From Methanobacteriota archaeon (GTDB taxonomy: Archaea > Thermoplasmatota > Poseidoniia > Poseidoniales > Thalassarchaeaceae), in the NCBI GenBank assembly GCA_002722595.1, contig PBMO01000003.1, positions 11,588 to 75,587 on the forward strand: DNA of 64,000 nt, in the 5' to 3' direction. The translations under genes were made by a program, and so were the position numbers. Of this stretch, positions 17,449 through 26,092 are shown one piece after another. The notes under the pieces are model-generated. The model searched no databases and had not been told where the DNA came from. It worked only from the letters and a program-made list of their open reading frames with translations. Every line of letters begins with the position of its first letter. Within the stretch, counting starts at the first letter, position 1.

Positions 17449-19164
17449 ATGGCCACAGATCTTGAGATTGCCCGAGCTGCATCCCCAGCACCAATCGAGG
17501 AAATTGCTTGGAAACTTGGCATCGGTGTCGAAGAGCTGATACCAATGGGAAAGGGTATGGCGAAAATCACATGGGATGCCTTGAAAGAGCGATTTGACAA
17601 ACCCCGTGGTTCACTGATATTGGTAACTAGTGTAAATCCAACTCCATTTGGTGAAGGGAAGACTGTTACTACAATAGGTCTAACTCAAGCACTCAACCGA
17701 ATTGGCCAACAGGCTACTTGTACCATTCGTGAACCAAGCATGGGACCAGTATTTGGTATCAAAGGGGGGGCAGCAGGAGGAGGGCACAGCCAAGTGCTCC
17801 CAATGGAAGCCATCAACCTCCATTTCACAGGAGATTTACATGCTGTGACAAGTGCACACAACCTTTGTTCAGCAATGCTTGACAATCACATATTCTTTGG
17901 AAATGTTTCAGACATAGACACCAATCGAATCCTTTGGCCTCGTGTTATCGACATGAATGATCGTTCCCTAAGGAATGTTGCAGTGGGACTGGGGGGGCCG
18001 AAAAATGGTGTAGCCAGAGAAGAAAGATTCGATATAACTGCTGCATCGGAAGTCATGGCAATCTTAGCATTGGCTTCAGATTATGCTGATTTGCGACATA
18101 GATTAGGAGAAATTGTTGTGGCTGAAAGCCGTTCTGGTTCCCCTGTCAAGGCTGCCGACATTGGAGCTGCTGGACCTATGGCTCTTCTCCTTCGAGAAGC
18201 ATTCTTACCAAATCTCGTCCAAACTATCGAACAAGATCCTGCATTCATTCATGCAGGCCCATTTGCAAATATTGCACATGGAAATTCATCCATAATCGCT
18301 GATCGAATCGCCTTAGGACTGAATGCCTATGTCGTAACAGAGGCTGGCTTTGGTGCCGACATGGGTGCTGAGAAAATGATGCATATCAAGGCAGCATCAA
18401 GCGGTGTTGCACCTGATTGTGTGGTGATGAATGTGACTGTTCGTAGCATGAAAATGCACGGAGGTGGTTTTTCAACAGGTGGAGGGAAACGCCCGCAACC
18501 TGAAGAAATTGCTACTGAAAATGTAGAGGCTGTTCGTGCTGGAGCAAGTACCAATTTAGCAAGGCACATACGTAACATGTTGAGATTTGGAGTCCCAGTC
18601 ATTGCAAGTGTCAATGTGTTTCCAACCGATACCGAGAATGAAATCAACGCACTGATTGAAGAGGCAAAGGAGGCAGGTGCTGGTTATGCGGTCGTCACAA
18701 GGGTTCATTCAGGTGGTGGTGAAGGTGGTGCAGAACTTGCTCGAGCAGTTGTGTCGGCTTGCCAATCTCACATTGCAGATGGAAGACCGTTTCAACCACT
18801 ATTCGCACCCAACGCCCCAATTCAAGAAAAAATACTGAGAGTTGCAACTAATGTGTATGGAGCCGATAGTGTTGACTTTTCTCCAAAAGCCTTGAAGGAT
18901 CTAAAAACTTTGGAAAATTGGGGCTATGGCAACCTCGCTGTTTGTATGGCAAAGACACAATATTCATTCTCTCATGAAGCCAGTGAATTGGGTTCACCAA
19001 GTGGATTCACACTACCAATTCGAGAACTCAGATTAAACGCAGGGGCTGGATTTGTAGTGGCAGTGTGTGGTACTATGATGACGATGCCAGGATTACCAAG
19101 AGTACCCGCTGCAGAAAACATGGATATGGATGAAGATGGAAATCTACTAGGCATGTTTGGTTAG
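17449..19164 (+). CDS. fhs: Formate--tetrahydrofolate ligase.
   Basis: It has the DLEIARAA N-terminus, TPFGEGKTVTTIGL (P-loop) and family-wide collinearity. The listed ORF starts at 17416. The ATG at 17449 fits the family N-terminus. Confidence 0.93.
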   Translation: MATDLEIARAASPAPIEEIAWKLGIGVEELIPMGKGMAKITWDALKERFDKPRGSLILVTSVNPTPFGEGKTVTTIGLTQALNRIGQQATCTIREPSMGPVFGIKGGAAGGGHSQVLPMEAINLHFTGDLHAVTSAHNLCSAMLDNHIFFGNVSDIDTNRILWPRVIDMNDRSLRNVAVGLGGPKNGVAREERFDITAASEVMAILALASDYADLRHRLGEIVVAESRSGSPVKAADIGAAGPMALLLREAFLPNLVQTIEQDPAFIHAGPFANIAHGNSSIIADRIALGLNAYVVTEAGFGADMGAEKMMHIKAASSGVAPDCVVMNVTVRSMKMHGGGFSTGGGKRPQPEEIATENVEAVRAGASTNLARHIRNMLRFGVPVIASVNVFPTDTENEINALIEEAKEAGAGYAVVTRVHSGGGEGGAELARAVVSACQSHIADGRPFQPLFAPNAPIQEKILRVATNVYGADSVDFSPKALKDLKTLENWGYGNLAVCMAKTQYSFSHEASELGSPSGFTLPIRELRLNAGAGFVVAVCGTMMTMPGLPRVPAAENMDMDEDGNLLGMFG

Positions 19165-19172
19165 GTGAAAAT

Positions 19173-20690
19173 ATGAGAATCGCAATGGTACTTTCTCTTC
19201 TGATGCTTGGTGCAATGCTTTCTGGATGTTTAGGAGGTGAAGACCGTGAATATTCGGACTTTGAAGGGTGTACAACTGATGAAGAAATATCTTGTGAAAT
19301 TGTAGAACCTATTGAAAATCAGACTGCTAATGAATCAAACCCGCCGATGTATGACTTGATTTATGCACGACCAAATGGTGTTGCACTTAGATTGGCTGTG
19401 CATCTCCCCAATACCGATGGCCCACATCCAGTGATAATGTATATTCATGAAGGTGAATGGAAAAGTGGAACACGCGAATTGAGTGAAGACCATGCGGCAA
19501 GACAACTTGTCAAGAAGGAAGGTTGGGCTGTAATCAGTGTAGAATACAGATTATCCAATGAAGGTATTTGGCCTGCACAACTTGAGGATTTAGAAACCGC
19601 ATTATATTGGATAAATAATAACTCAGATACTTACAACTTAGACACAAACACAACTGTTGTCTGGGGTTCTGGTGCTGGTGGACATCTAGCCGCAATGTTG
19701 GCTGTAAATTCCAATCACAGTATATCTGCTGCAATTGACTGGTTTGGGCCAACAGATCTTGTCGAAATGGTAGAAATTTCCAACGCAACGGGGTCAGATT
19801 ATTCTTCAATCAGTGATTTAATTGGTTGTGACCCTATGAATGGGAGTGAGTGTACCAACCAAACAATGAGTGCATCTCCAGTCCACTTAACCACTGGTTC
19901 AACAGTACCAATGCTCATTATGCATGGTACTGATGACGAGAATGTACCACACAATCAGAGTTTGTCAATGAGCCAATCATTGTCTACCCCAAGATGGATG
20001 GTCACAATCGAGGGAGGGGGGCATGGTGCTATGAGTCACCCTTGGAAAGAGAATATGGTTGTGCAAATCGTTGCTGATTTCCTTGAAAACGTGACGTCAG
20101 AATCTGTTCAAAACCGACAAATTACTGTCGATGCTGGCCCTGAAACAGGGACTTGGGAAGGTCAGCGTGTCCACGATGTTCAGACCTTGGCAAGACCTCC
20201 AGGAGGATCTTGGCAGGATTGGAGATTATCCGATTACCTGGTTCCTAATTGGAATAATAACACAAACGACCCGTGGATCGTCATTCAATTTCTAAGTACA
20301 GATTGCAGCCATTGTTGGAATGCCGCAGATGATATTGAAGTTCTTCATAATCAATACAAAGATTCAATCATACTATTCTCATTCGCTGTTAATTTTAGCT
20401 CAAACAACAATTTCAACGCTAGTCTGAGTGAGATTGGAGCATTCCAAGATCGCACTCCATACCAAGGCTGCTATTATGCAACTCGTGATTGTGCAGACCG
20501 ACCCGGGCCAGCGCATAATTGGACTTATGTTGATGACAGGGATCAAACGCAGATGTATGCATTCCATTCGCAAGGGACACCCATGTATGTAATCATACAA
20601 CCCGATGGAATTATTTCTTGGCATCAATACCAAAATGATGGACAAAGTGTAGATGACGCCCTAGCTGAACTATTCCCAGGAGATGGCTAA
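19173..20690 (+). CDS. Predicted lipoprotein fusing an alpha/beta-hydrolase (esterase-like) domain to a C-terminal thioredoxin-like (TlpA/ResA-type, CxxC) domain.
   Basis: An AGGTGA Shine-Dalgarno-like box lies upstream. The lipobox is LSGC. It has ISVEYRL, GSGAGGHLAA, MHGTDDENVP and GGGHG hydrolase motifs. It then has VIQFLSTDCSHCWN and GTPMYVIIQPDG thioredoxin-fold motifs. Confidence 0.78.
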   Translation: MRIAMVLSLLMLGAMLSGCLGGEDREYSDFEGCTTDEEISCEIVEPIENQTANESNPPMYDLIYARPNGVALRLAVHLPNTDGPHPVIMYIHEGEWKSGTRELSEDHAARQLVKKEGWAVISVEYRLSNEGIWPAQLEDLETALYWINNNSDTYNLDTNTTVVWGSGAGGHLAAMLAVNSNHSISAAIDWFGPTDLVEMVEISNATGSDYSSISDLIGCDPMNGSECTNQTMSASPVHLTTGSTVPMLIMHGTDDENVPHNQSLSMSQSLSTPRWMVTIEGGGHGAMSHPWKENMVVQIVADFLENVTSESVQNRQITVDAGPETGTWEGQRVHDVQTLARPPGGSWQDWRLSDYLVPNWNNNTNDPWIVIQFLSTDCSHCWNAADDIEVLHNQYKDSIILFSFAVNFSSNNNFNASLSEIGAFQDRTPYQGCYYATRDCADRPGPAHNWTYVDDRDQTQMYAFHSQGTPMYVIIQPDGIISWHQYQNDGQSVDDALAELFPGDG

Positions 20691-21737
20691 TTGCAGAAAA
20701 TTAAGTCCATCGAAAATGGAGTGCGACTAAGAGTCCAGCACGAAGATGACCTCTGGACATTGGCACAAATTGTGACCTCAAAATGTCGAGTTGGAATGAT
20801 GGGTTATCGTCGAGATCAGAGTACTGGCACCCAAGAATCAGGAAGAGCAAAGTCTGCAGATCGGAAACCAATGTGGATTGTATTAGATGCTGAAAGTAAT
20901 GAATTCCAGCCATTCACAGATAACCTCAGAATTCATGGTATCATTTGGGAAGCACCTATCGACAAAGGAAGCCATCACACGCATTCAGTTCGCCCAAGAG
21001 ATGAAATAGAAATCTCATGGGAAGGAGGTATCGCTGATTCAGATCAACAATTGCTGGATGAATCGATTAACGATAGTGGGAAAGGCCGTGTTGCAATCGC
21101 TGTAGTCGAGAGTGATGAAATATTGCTCTTCGAAATTGCACAACATGGAATGAGACAAGTTGGAGATACATTCACGCTCAGAGGTGGAGGGAAAAGAGAG
21201 GCGAAATCATCAGAGGTTCGTAAGGCATTTCTCAATCAAGTGGCAGGACAAGTTTCGAAGGCAGTTAGTCATGAAATGCCAATTATCATTTGTGGCCCAG
21301 GGATGGCACGAGAACAATTTGAATCATTGCTAAAAAAGACCGGCTCCGAACATAAGGTATTGAATATTGCAACCAGCATAGGTGGTAGAGCCGCTGCCAA
21401 CGAAGTTATGCGTGAAGGAGGAGCAGACATGCTACTCGGTGAATTTGCTATGGCAAACCAAGTTCGACTGATTGAGGAAGCATTGGTTAGAATCTCGACC
21501 AATGGAGCAATTGCATATGGGAAAAGGAATCTTGAAGAGGCCCTCCAGCAAGGTGCAATCGAATCTCTTGTTATCGAGGCAGGGTTGCTTCGTAGTGACG
21601 CATTCTGGTCTGAAGCAGCAGCATTGGTTAGAGCCGCAGGTGGAGAGGTCATACAAGCCAGCGCAGACCACGATGCGGGTGAGCAACTCATGGGCCTAGG
21701 TGGCGCCATTGGCCTCCTTCGTTGGAACTTAGAGTAA
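20691..21737 (+). CDS. pelA: Pelota (Dom34 homologue), ribosome rescue / mRNA surveillance factor.
   Basis: HEDDLWTLAQIV and LRIHGII match the N-domain, and the central and C-terminal domains are eRF1-like. It has a TTG start immediately after the upstream stop, with no nearby ATG. Confidence 0.85.
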   Translation: MQKIKSIENGVRLRVQHEDDLWTLAQIVTSKCRVGMMGYRRDQSTGTQESGRAKSADRKPMWIVLDAESNEFQPFTDNLRIHGIIWEAPIDKGSHHTHSVRPRDEIEISWEGGIADSDQQLLDESINDSGKGRVAIAVVESDEILLFEIAQHGMRQVGDTFTLRGGGKREAKSSEVRKAFLNQVAGQVSKAVSHEMPIIICGPGMAREQFESLLKKTGSEHKVLNIATSIGGRAAANEVMREGGADMLLGEFAMANQVRLIEEALVRISTNGAIAYGKRNLEEALQQGAIESLVIEAGLLRSDAFWSEAAALVRAAGGEVIQASADHDAGEQLMGLGGAIGLLRWNLE

Positions 21738-21743
21738 TCCAAA

Positions 21744-22619
21744 TCAACCTTGGAAGCCAGGGTAATGCTGCGCAGTGTACTGTGAAGCACTTGCTGCATC
21801 ATAGCCCTGTGCAATTAGACCGTTGTAGTACTCTTGTGCTGGATCTGGTTGTGCAACGGGTGCGGCCACAACAGGTGCAGCTGCCATCGGTGCAGCTGCC
21901 ATAGGTGCAGCTGCAACTGGCGCGCCCATAACAGGCATTGCTGCACCAGGGGTTCCAACCATAGTAGCAGGAGCGCCGCCCTGTACAACTACAGTTTGTG
22001 ACTTGTCATTAATTGTCAAGCCAAGAATCAAACCAACTATGAGAAGGCAACCTCCTCCTGCAAAGAAGCAAGTGGAACCAAGGGCAGCAAGGAATCCTCC
22101 TGCAGCCTTACCAACATCGTCGAGTACATCGTCAAACGCCTTGTCATCGTACTGAACCCAACATGCGGATGCACAATTGACAGTTGCAGTGCCGTTTGTG
22201 TAGCCGCCTGCACTGTCTCCAATCTTAACGAGCATTTTGTCTCCCTCTTCACGAGTATCTTCCCAATTCCAATCAGTAGAGCACGCGTAGTAGAAGCTGT
22301 TGCTTTCATCACCTGTATGAGTGGTTGTAAAATCTTGTTGATCTTCACCTTGATTGAATCCTTCACAGAAATCCCATACTCCATCTTCATTGGCATCCTC
22401 ATATGTACCTTCGATGAAGATTGTAAAACCAATCTCACCTTCACCGTCATCATCTACGATTTCAACTGTACCTGTTGTTACTCCTTCCAATGCCCATTTG
22501 TTTTCTTCCAAAGAATCCCCAGCATCATCAATTGAATTTGCTCCCCAAGCGAACATACCGCCGCCAATCAATACTAAAACTAAGCCAATTCCCATGAATA
22601 TTTTACCACTTGCGTGCAT
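21744..22619 (-). CDS. Hypothetical bitopic membrane protein: N-terminal TM, acidic Cys-containing ectodomain, second TM, Ala/Pro-rich tail with an aromatic C-terminal motif.
   Basis: TM segments are IFMGIGLVLVLIGGGMFAW and GGCLLIVGLILGL. The tail reads AAPMAAAPMAAAPVVAAPVAQPDPAQEYYNGLIAQGYDAASASQYTAQHYPGF. Confidence 0.7.
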   Translation of the reverse strand: MHASGKIFMGIGLVLVLIGGGMFAWGANSIDDAGDSLEENKWALEGVTTGTVEIVDDDGEGEIGFTIFIEGTYEDANEDGVWDFCEGFNQGEDQQDFTTTHTGDESNSFYYACSTDWNWEDTREEGDKMLVKIGDSAGGYTNGTATVNCASACWVQYDDKAFDDVLDDVGKAAGGFLAALGSTCFFAGGGCLLIVGLILGLTINDKSQTVVVQGGAPATMVGTPGAAMPVMGAPVAAAPMAAAPMAAAPVVAAPVAQPDPAQEYYNGLIAQGYDAASASQYTAQHYPGFQG

Positions 22620-22686
22620 GTTGCTGGCTAGAAGCGATGCTTCTTAATGTAACCGCAACCACTTGTTGCCACGAAAATCGCGGTTT

Positions 22687-23181
22687 TCACTCAAGATTGC
22701 TTCCTGTAGCCATCAGAGGTATGGCAATCATTAGTGCGCAGAATGAGTTACAAATAACTGGACCAATTAGATACAGGCCACCAAGGAATTCACCAAGGGC
22801 ACCGCCTACTTCATCGCCTATTGCAAGAGCCACAATTACACCCATAGCGAGATTGAGGGCACACGCGCCAAGTCCGACCCATACGCCTATTTTTTTGCGC
22901 CGGAAAACCATAAATCCGGCACCACCAATGGCTAGTGTTGTTAATATTCCAACCAACTGATTAACTAAGTAAAGACCCTCGCCCATACCATCTTCAGCGA
23001 ATAATCCTGAGAGGCCAAGAAGTCCCATTCCAATACCCCAGAGAATCATAATTACCCCCATCCAAGTAGGTGCTGGGGACTGAACTGGTACTGTCAGTAC
23101 ATGCTGACCGCCCATCATTGTTGCTTGCATTGCTTGTGGTTCCGAAAAACCTTGTGCCATTTGTCCTTGTTGGGGCTGCAT
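22687..23181 (-). CDS. Hypothetical membrane protein (about 4 TM) with a Gln-rich N-terminus.
   Basis: It has an ATG start, four hydrophobic segments and a TATA-like element about 28 nt upstream. Confidence 0.65.
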   Translation of the reverse strand: MQPQQGQMAQGFSEPQAMQATMMGGQHVLTVPVQSPAPTWMGVIMILWGIGMGLLGLSGLFAEDGMGEGLYLVNQLVGILTTLAIGGAGFMVFRRKKIGVWVGLGACALNLAMGVIVALAIGDEVGGALGEFLGGLYLIGPVICNSFCALMIAIPLMATGSNLE

Positions 23182-23205
23182 GTGACTGTGTTGAAATTGA
23201 CCGTC

Positions 23206-23213
23206 TATAAATT
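23206..23213 (-). promoter_or_regulatory. Putative archaeal TATA box for the leaderless 22687..23181 gene.
   Basis: The minus strand reads AATTTATA(G), centred about 28 nt upstream of the ATG at 23181. Confidence 0.35.
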
Positions 23214-23260
23214 AGAAGCCCCTAAAGAAGTATTGACATTGTACAACTCTTCGGATTGAC

Positions 23261-24262
23261 ATGGTCGCACCAAGGGGACGTGTCGTTTGCTTTGGTGAAG
23301 CAATGTTTCGAACATGTCAGGAAAGAGTGACGCCCGGTGGTTCGGAATACAACGTAGCTTGTGCATTGGGCCAATTAGGTGTCACCACATCTTGGGTGAG
23401 CGCATTACCGATTATCGAATCAGACATCGATAACGTTGCTAGGAAATCCAATGTACACCTAGAGATTGTGCGTTCAGAAGGGGTAGTTGGTACGTACTTG
23501 GTCGACCAAAGTAAAGAAATTGTAGATTACGACCGAAAGAATTCTGTATTTGCAAATCTTGATCCTAAAGATTTTGACTGGAGGAAACTACTCACAGGAG
23601 CCAGATGGTTGGTTGTGAGTGGTATAACTCCTCTATTGGGTCATGGACCTAGGTCTTCTTGGGCTTCTGCACTCACCTTTGCCGAGCTAGATGGGACACT
23701 AATTGCATTAGATTTGAATCATCGTCCTGCTCTTGGAACTATTGATGAGCTGTGGAGTATAATTCGGCCTCGCATACGCATGTTCCACATCGTTGTATTG
23801 TCCTCCGAATCATTGTCAATTATTGCCGAAAGGGAGGGATTTGGGCGGCCTACAACATACGCAGAAAATATTCAGGCCCTTGCCGATTTACCAAGGAAAT
23901 TCCTGATTCCACATCTTTGCTGTACATTCAAACGCCCTGAGTCACAAGGGCGACAGATGCGTTGGTCAGTTGTAGCACATGCCTTTGGAATAGATACGAC
24001 AGAAAATGATGCTGTGAACCACTTACCGGTGGAGTATTTGGGTGGGGGTGATGCTTGGTTAGCCGGTTTTATTGATGCATTGAGTGAGCATGGACACGGG
24101 CCAGTCTCACCACTAATTGGGGCAATGAGGGGGGATTTACTTGCTGCATTGAGCCAAAATACGTTTGGAGATGTATCGATTGTAACTAGAGAAGAACTAG
24201 ATGAATATGAATCAAGAAGAGTGTGGGATTCGAATCAGAAACAGAGAAAATTATGCATTTGA
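23261..24262 (+). CDS. kdgK: PfkB-family sugar kinase, 2-keto-3-deoxygluconate kinase-like.
   Basis: It has VVCFGEAMFR at the N-terminus and GGGDAWLAGFIDAL (PfkB signature 2). It lies next to the KDPG aldolase gene. Confidence 0.8.
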   Translation: MVAPRGRVVCFGEAMFRTCQERVTPGGSEYNVACALGQLGVTTSWVSALPIIESDIDNVARKSNVHLEIVRSEGVVGTYLVDQSKEIVDYDRKNSVFANLDPKDFDWRKLLTGARWLVVSGITPLLGHGPRSSWASALTFAELDGTLIALDLNHRPALGTIDELWSIIRPRIRMFHIVVLSSESLSIIAEREGFGRPTTYAENIQALADLPRKFLIPHLCCTFKRPESQGRQMRWSVVAHAFGIDTTENDAVNHLPVEYLGGGDAWLAGFIDALSEHGHGPVSPLIGAMRGDLLAALSQNTFGDVSIVTREELDEYESRRVWDSNQKQRKLCI

Positions 24263-24272
24263 GGGACACTAT

Positions 24273-24914
24273 ATGCAGAAACTGATCAAAAGATTTCGTG
24301 AAGCAGGTGTTATTGCGATACTAAGAGGGAATAACCCAAAACGGTTGGAGGAGCGTGCATTTGAGCTGGTTGATTTAGGTTGCAAAGTAATCGAAGTGAC
24401 TCTTGACAGCCCATCTGCCTTAGACATCGTGCATAAACTGAGTACTCAATTGAATCCAGAGGAAGTTCTGGTAGGTGTTGGAACATTACTTGATGTCGAA
24501 ATGATTGATGATTGTATCGAAGCAGGTGCTAAATTTGCTCTTTCTCCTGTATCGCCACCACTTATGATTGAGAAATGCCATGAAAAAGGACTTCTTGCAA
24601 TACCGGGAGTATCTACACCTGATGAAATGAATGATGCAATAAACCGTGGAGCGAAATTAATCAAATTGTATCCAGCCTCTAGTTGGGAATCACAAATGTT
24701 AATTGGAGTTAAAACTCCATGGATTCCAGTTGGTGGTATTGACCAGAACACTATCACTGAATGGCTCGACAAGGGTGCATTTTGCGTAGGGATGGGAACG
24801 CATCTTTGTGGTTCGGACTTGAGCAGAGATGACGACAATGGTTGGGATGTAAAAGAAGCACAAGTAGCACGGGACATATTCAAGGAACTCCAACGAAGAG
24901 GAGGGGTTGCGTGA
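24273..24914 (+). CDS. eda: 2-dehydro-3-deoxy-phosphogluconate (KDPG/KHG) aldolase.
   Basis: AGVIAILRG, IEVTLDSP, VGVGTLL and KLYPA match the Eda family. The listed ORF starts at 24201, inside kdgK. The ATG at 24273 follows the kdgK stop at 24262. Confidence 0.85.
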   Translation: MQKLIKRFREAGVIAILRGNNPKRLEERAFELVDLGCKVIEVTLDSPSALDIVHKLSTQLNPEEVLVGVGTLLDVEMIDDCIEAGAKFALSPVSPPLMIEKCHEKGLLAIPGVSTPDEMNDAINRGAKLIKLYPASSWESQMLIGVKTPWIPVGGIDQNTITEWLDKGAFCVGMGTHLCGSDLSRDDDNGWDVKEAQVARDIFKELQRRGGVA

Positions 24915-26092
24915 CTAGTATTCGTTCGGCTGTTTGTGTGAGGTGCCCTCCAAGGTGGCTCCTCTTCCGCGTTGAAACGGCTGATGGAAGTGTTGGCTGG
25001 GGTGAAGCAATTGGCGATTTACATGAAGAACTAGAAAATGCCCTTAATGCACTCGGTGAAAGAGTACAGGGCGAGGATATACATGATATTTCTAGACTTA
25101 TTGAAACACATCGAAAATCACGATTCTGGAGAGATGGACCAATACTAGATTCAGCCTTATCTGCACTTGAGATTGCTCTCTGGGATCTCAAAGGCAAAGA
25201 GTTTGGTGCACCAATATACGAACTTCTTGGAGGAAAAGTGCGAGACAAAGTAAGAGTGTACAGAAACCTTTGGGGCCGTGACCCTGAGGAATTTGCGGCA
25301 TCAGCATCTGAAGCAATATCTCAATCGATGACAGCAGTCAAGGTAAGTCCAGCAGGACCCACTCCCAGTGTTGTATCCAGAGAAAGTCTCCGTGGGATGG
25401 TTGCTATTGTTGACAAGATTCGCGACTCCGTAGGCCCTGAAATCGATATCGCTGTCGACCTGCATGGTCGACTTACTCCTGCTGCCTCGAGACAAGCAGT
25501 GCACGCATTGTCGAAGTTTGATTTGTTCTTCATAGAAGAACCATGTTTACCTGATGGTGGTGCTGTACATATTGCTGACCTAAGGGCTCTACGTACTGCC
25601 CAACCAGTAGCCATTGCAACAGGTGAAAGACTGCGTAGTCCGTACGCTTTTTCGCAACACCTTTTTCCTAATCCAGTTGTAGACATTATTCAACCAGATC
25701 TGAGCATGGTGGGAGGAATACAAGCGGCGCTGAATATCGGAGCGATGGCAAGCGCAGCCCAAATCGCCTTGGCACCTCATTGTCCGTATGGCCCTGTTCA
25801 ATTAGCCGCTTCATTACAACTTGCCGCATCTTGTCCATCTCACTTGATTCAAGAGTTCCAGTCATTAGGAGGAGCCGGGTCAGGAGGCGGTATACCTGGG
25901 GGCGGGCAAAATTGGGCATTTGATCTTCTTGAGCAGTCGTTTGAAATCGAGAATGGACATGTCGATGTTCCCCCGAAACCAGGACTGGGAATTTCAGTAT
26001 TGGAGGAAGAAATTGGTGAGTATATGGCAATGTGGAATCCACATCCGCCAACTGTTTGGTCTCATCCTGATGGAAGCTACGCAGAGTGGTAA
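24911..26092 (+). CDS. Enolase-superfamily sugar-acid dehydratase (gluconate/galactonate/mannonate dehydratase-like).
   Basis: It has LLFRVETADGSVGWGEA, ALWDLKGKEFGAPIYELLGG, DLHGRL and FIEEP metal-ligand motifs. The GTG at 24911 overlaps the eda stop (GTGA), which suggests translational coupling. The listed ORF start at 24842 lies inside eda. Confidence 0.85.
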   Translation: MTSIRSAVCVRCPPRWLLFRVETADGSVGWGEAIGDLHEELENALNALGERVQGEDIHDISRLIETHRKSRFWRDGPILDSALSALEIALWDLKGKEFGAPIYELLGGKVRDKVRVYRNLWGRDPEEFAASASEAISQSMTAVKVSPAGPTPSVVSRESLRGMVAIVDKIRDSVGPEIDIAVDLHGRLTPAASRQAVHALSKFDLFFIEEPCLPDGGAVHIADLRALRTAQPVAIATGERLRSPYAFSQHLFPNPVVDIIQPDLSMVGGIQAALNIGAMASAAQIALAPHCPYGPVQLAASLQLAASCPSHLIQEFQSLGGAGSGGGIPGGGQNWAFDLLEQSFEIENGHVDVPPKPGLGISVLEEEIGEYMAMWNPHPPTVWSHPDGSYAEW

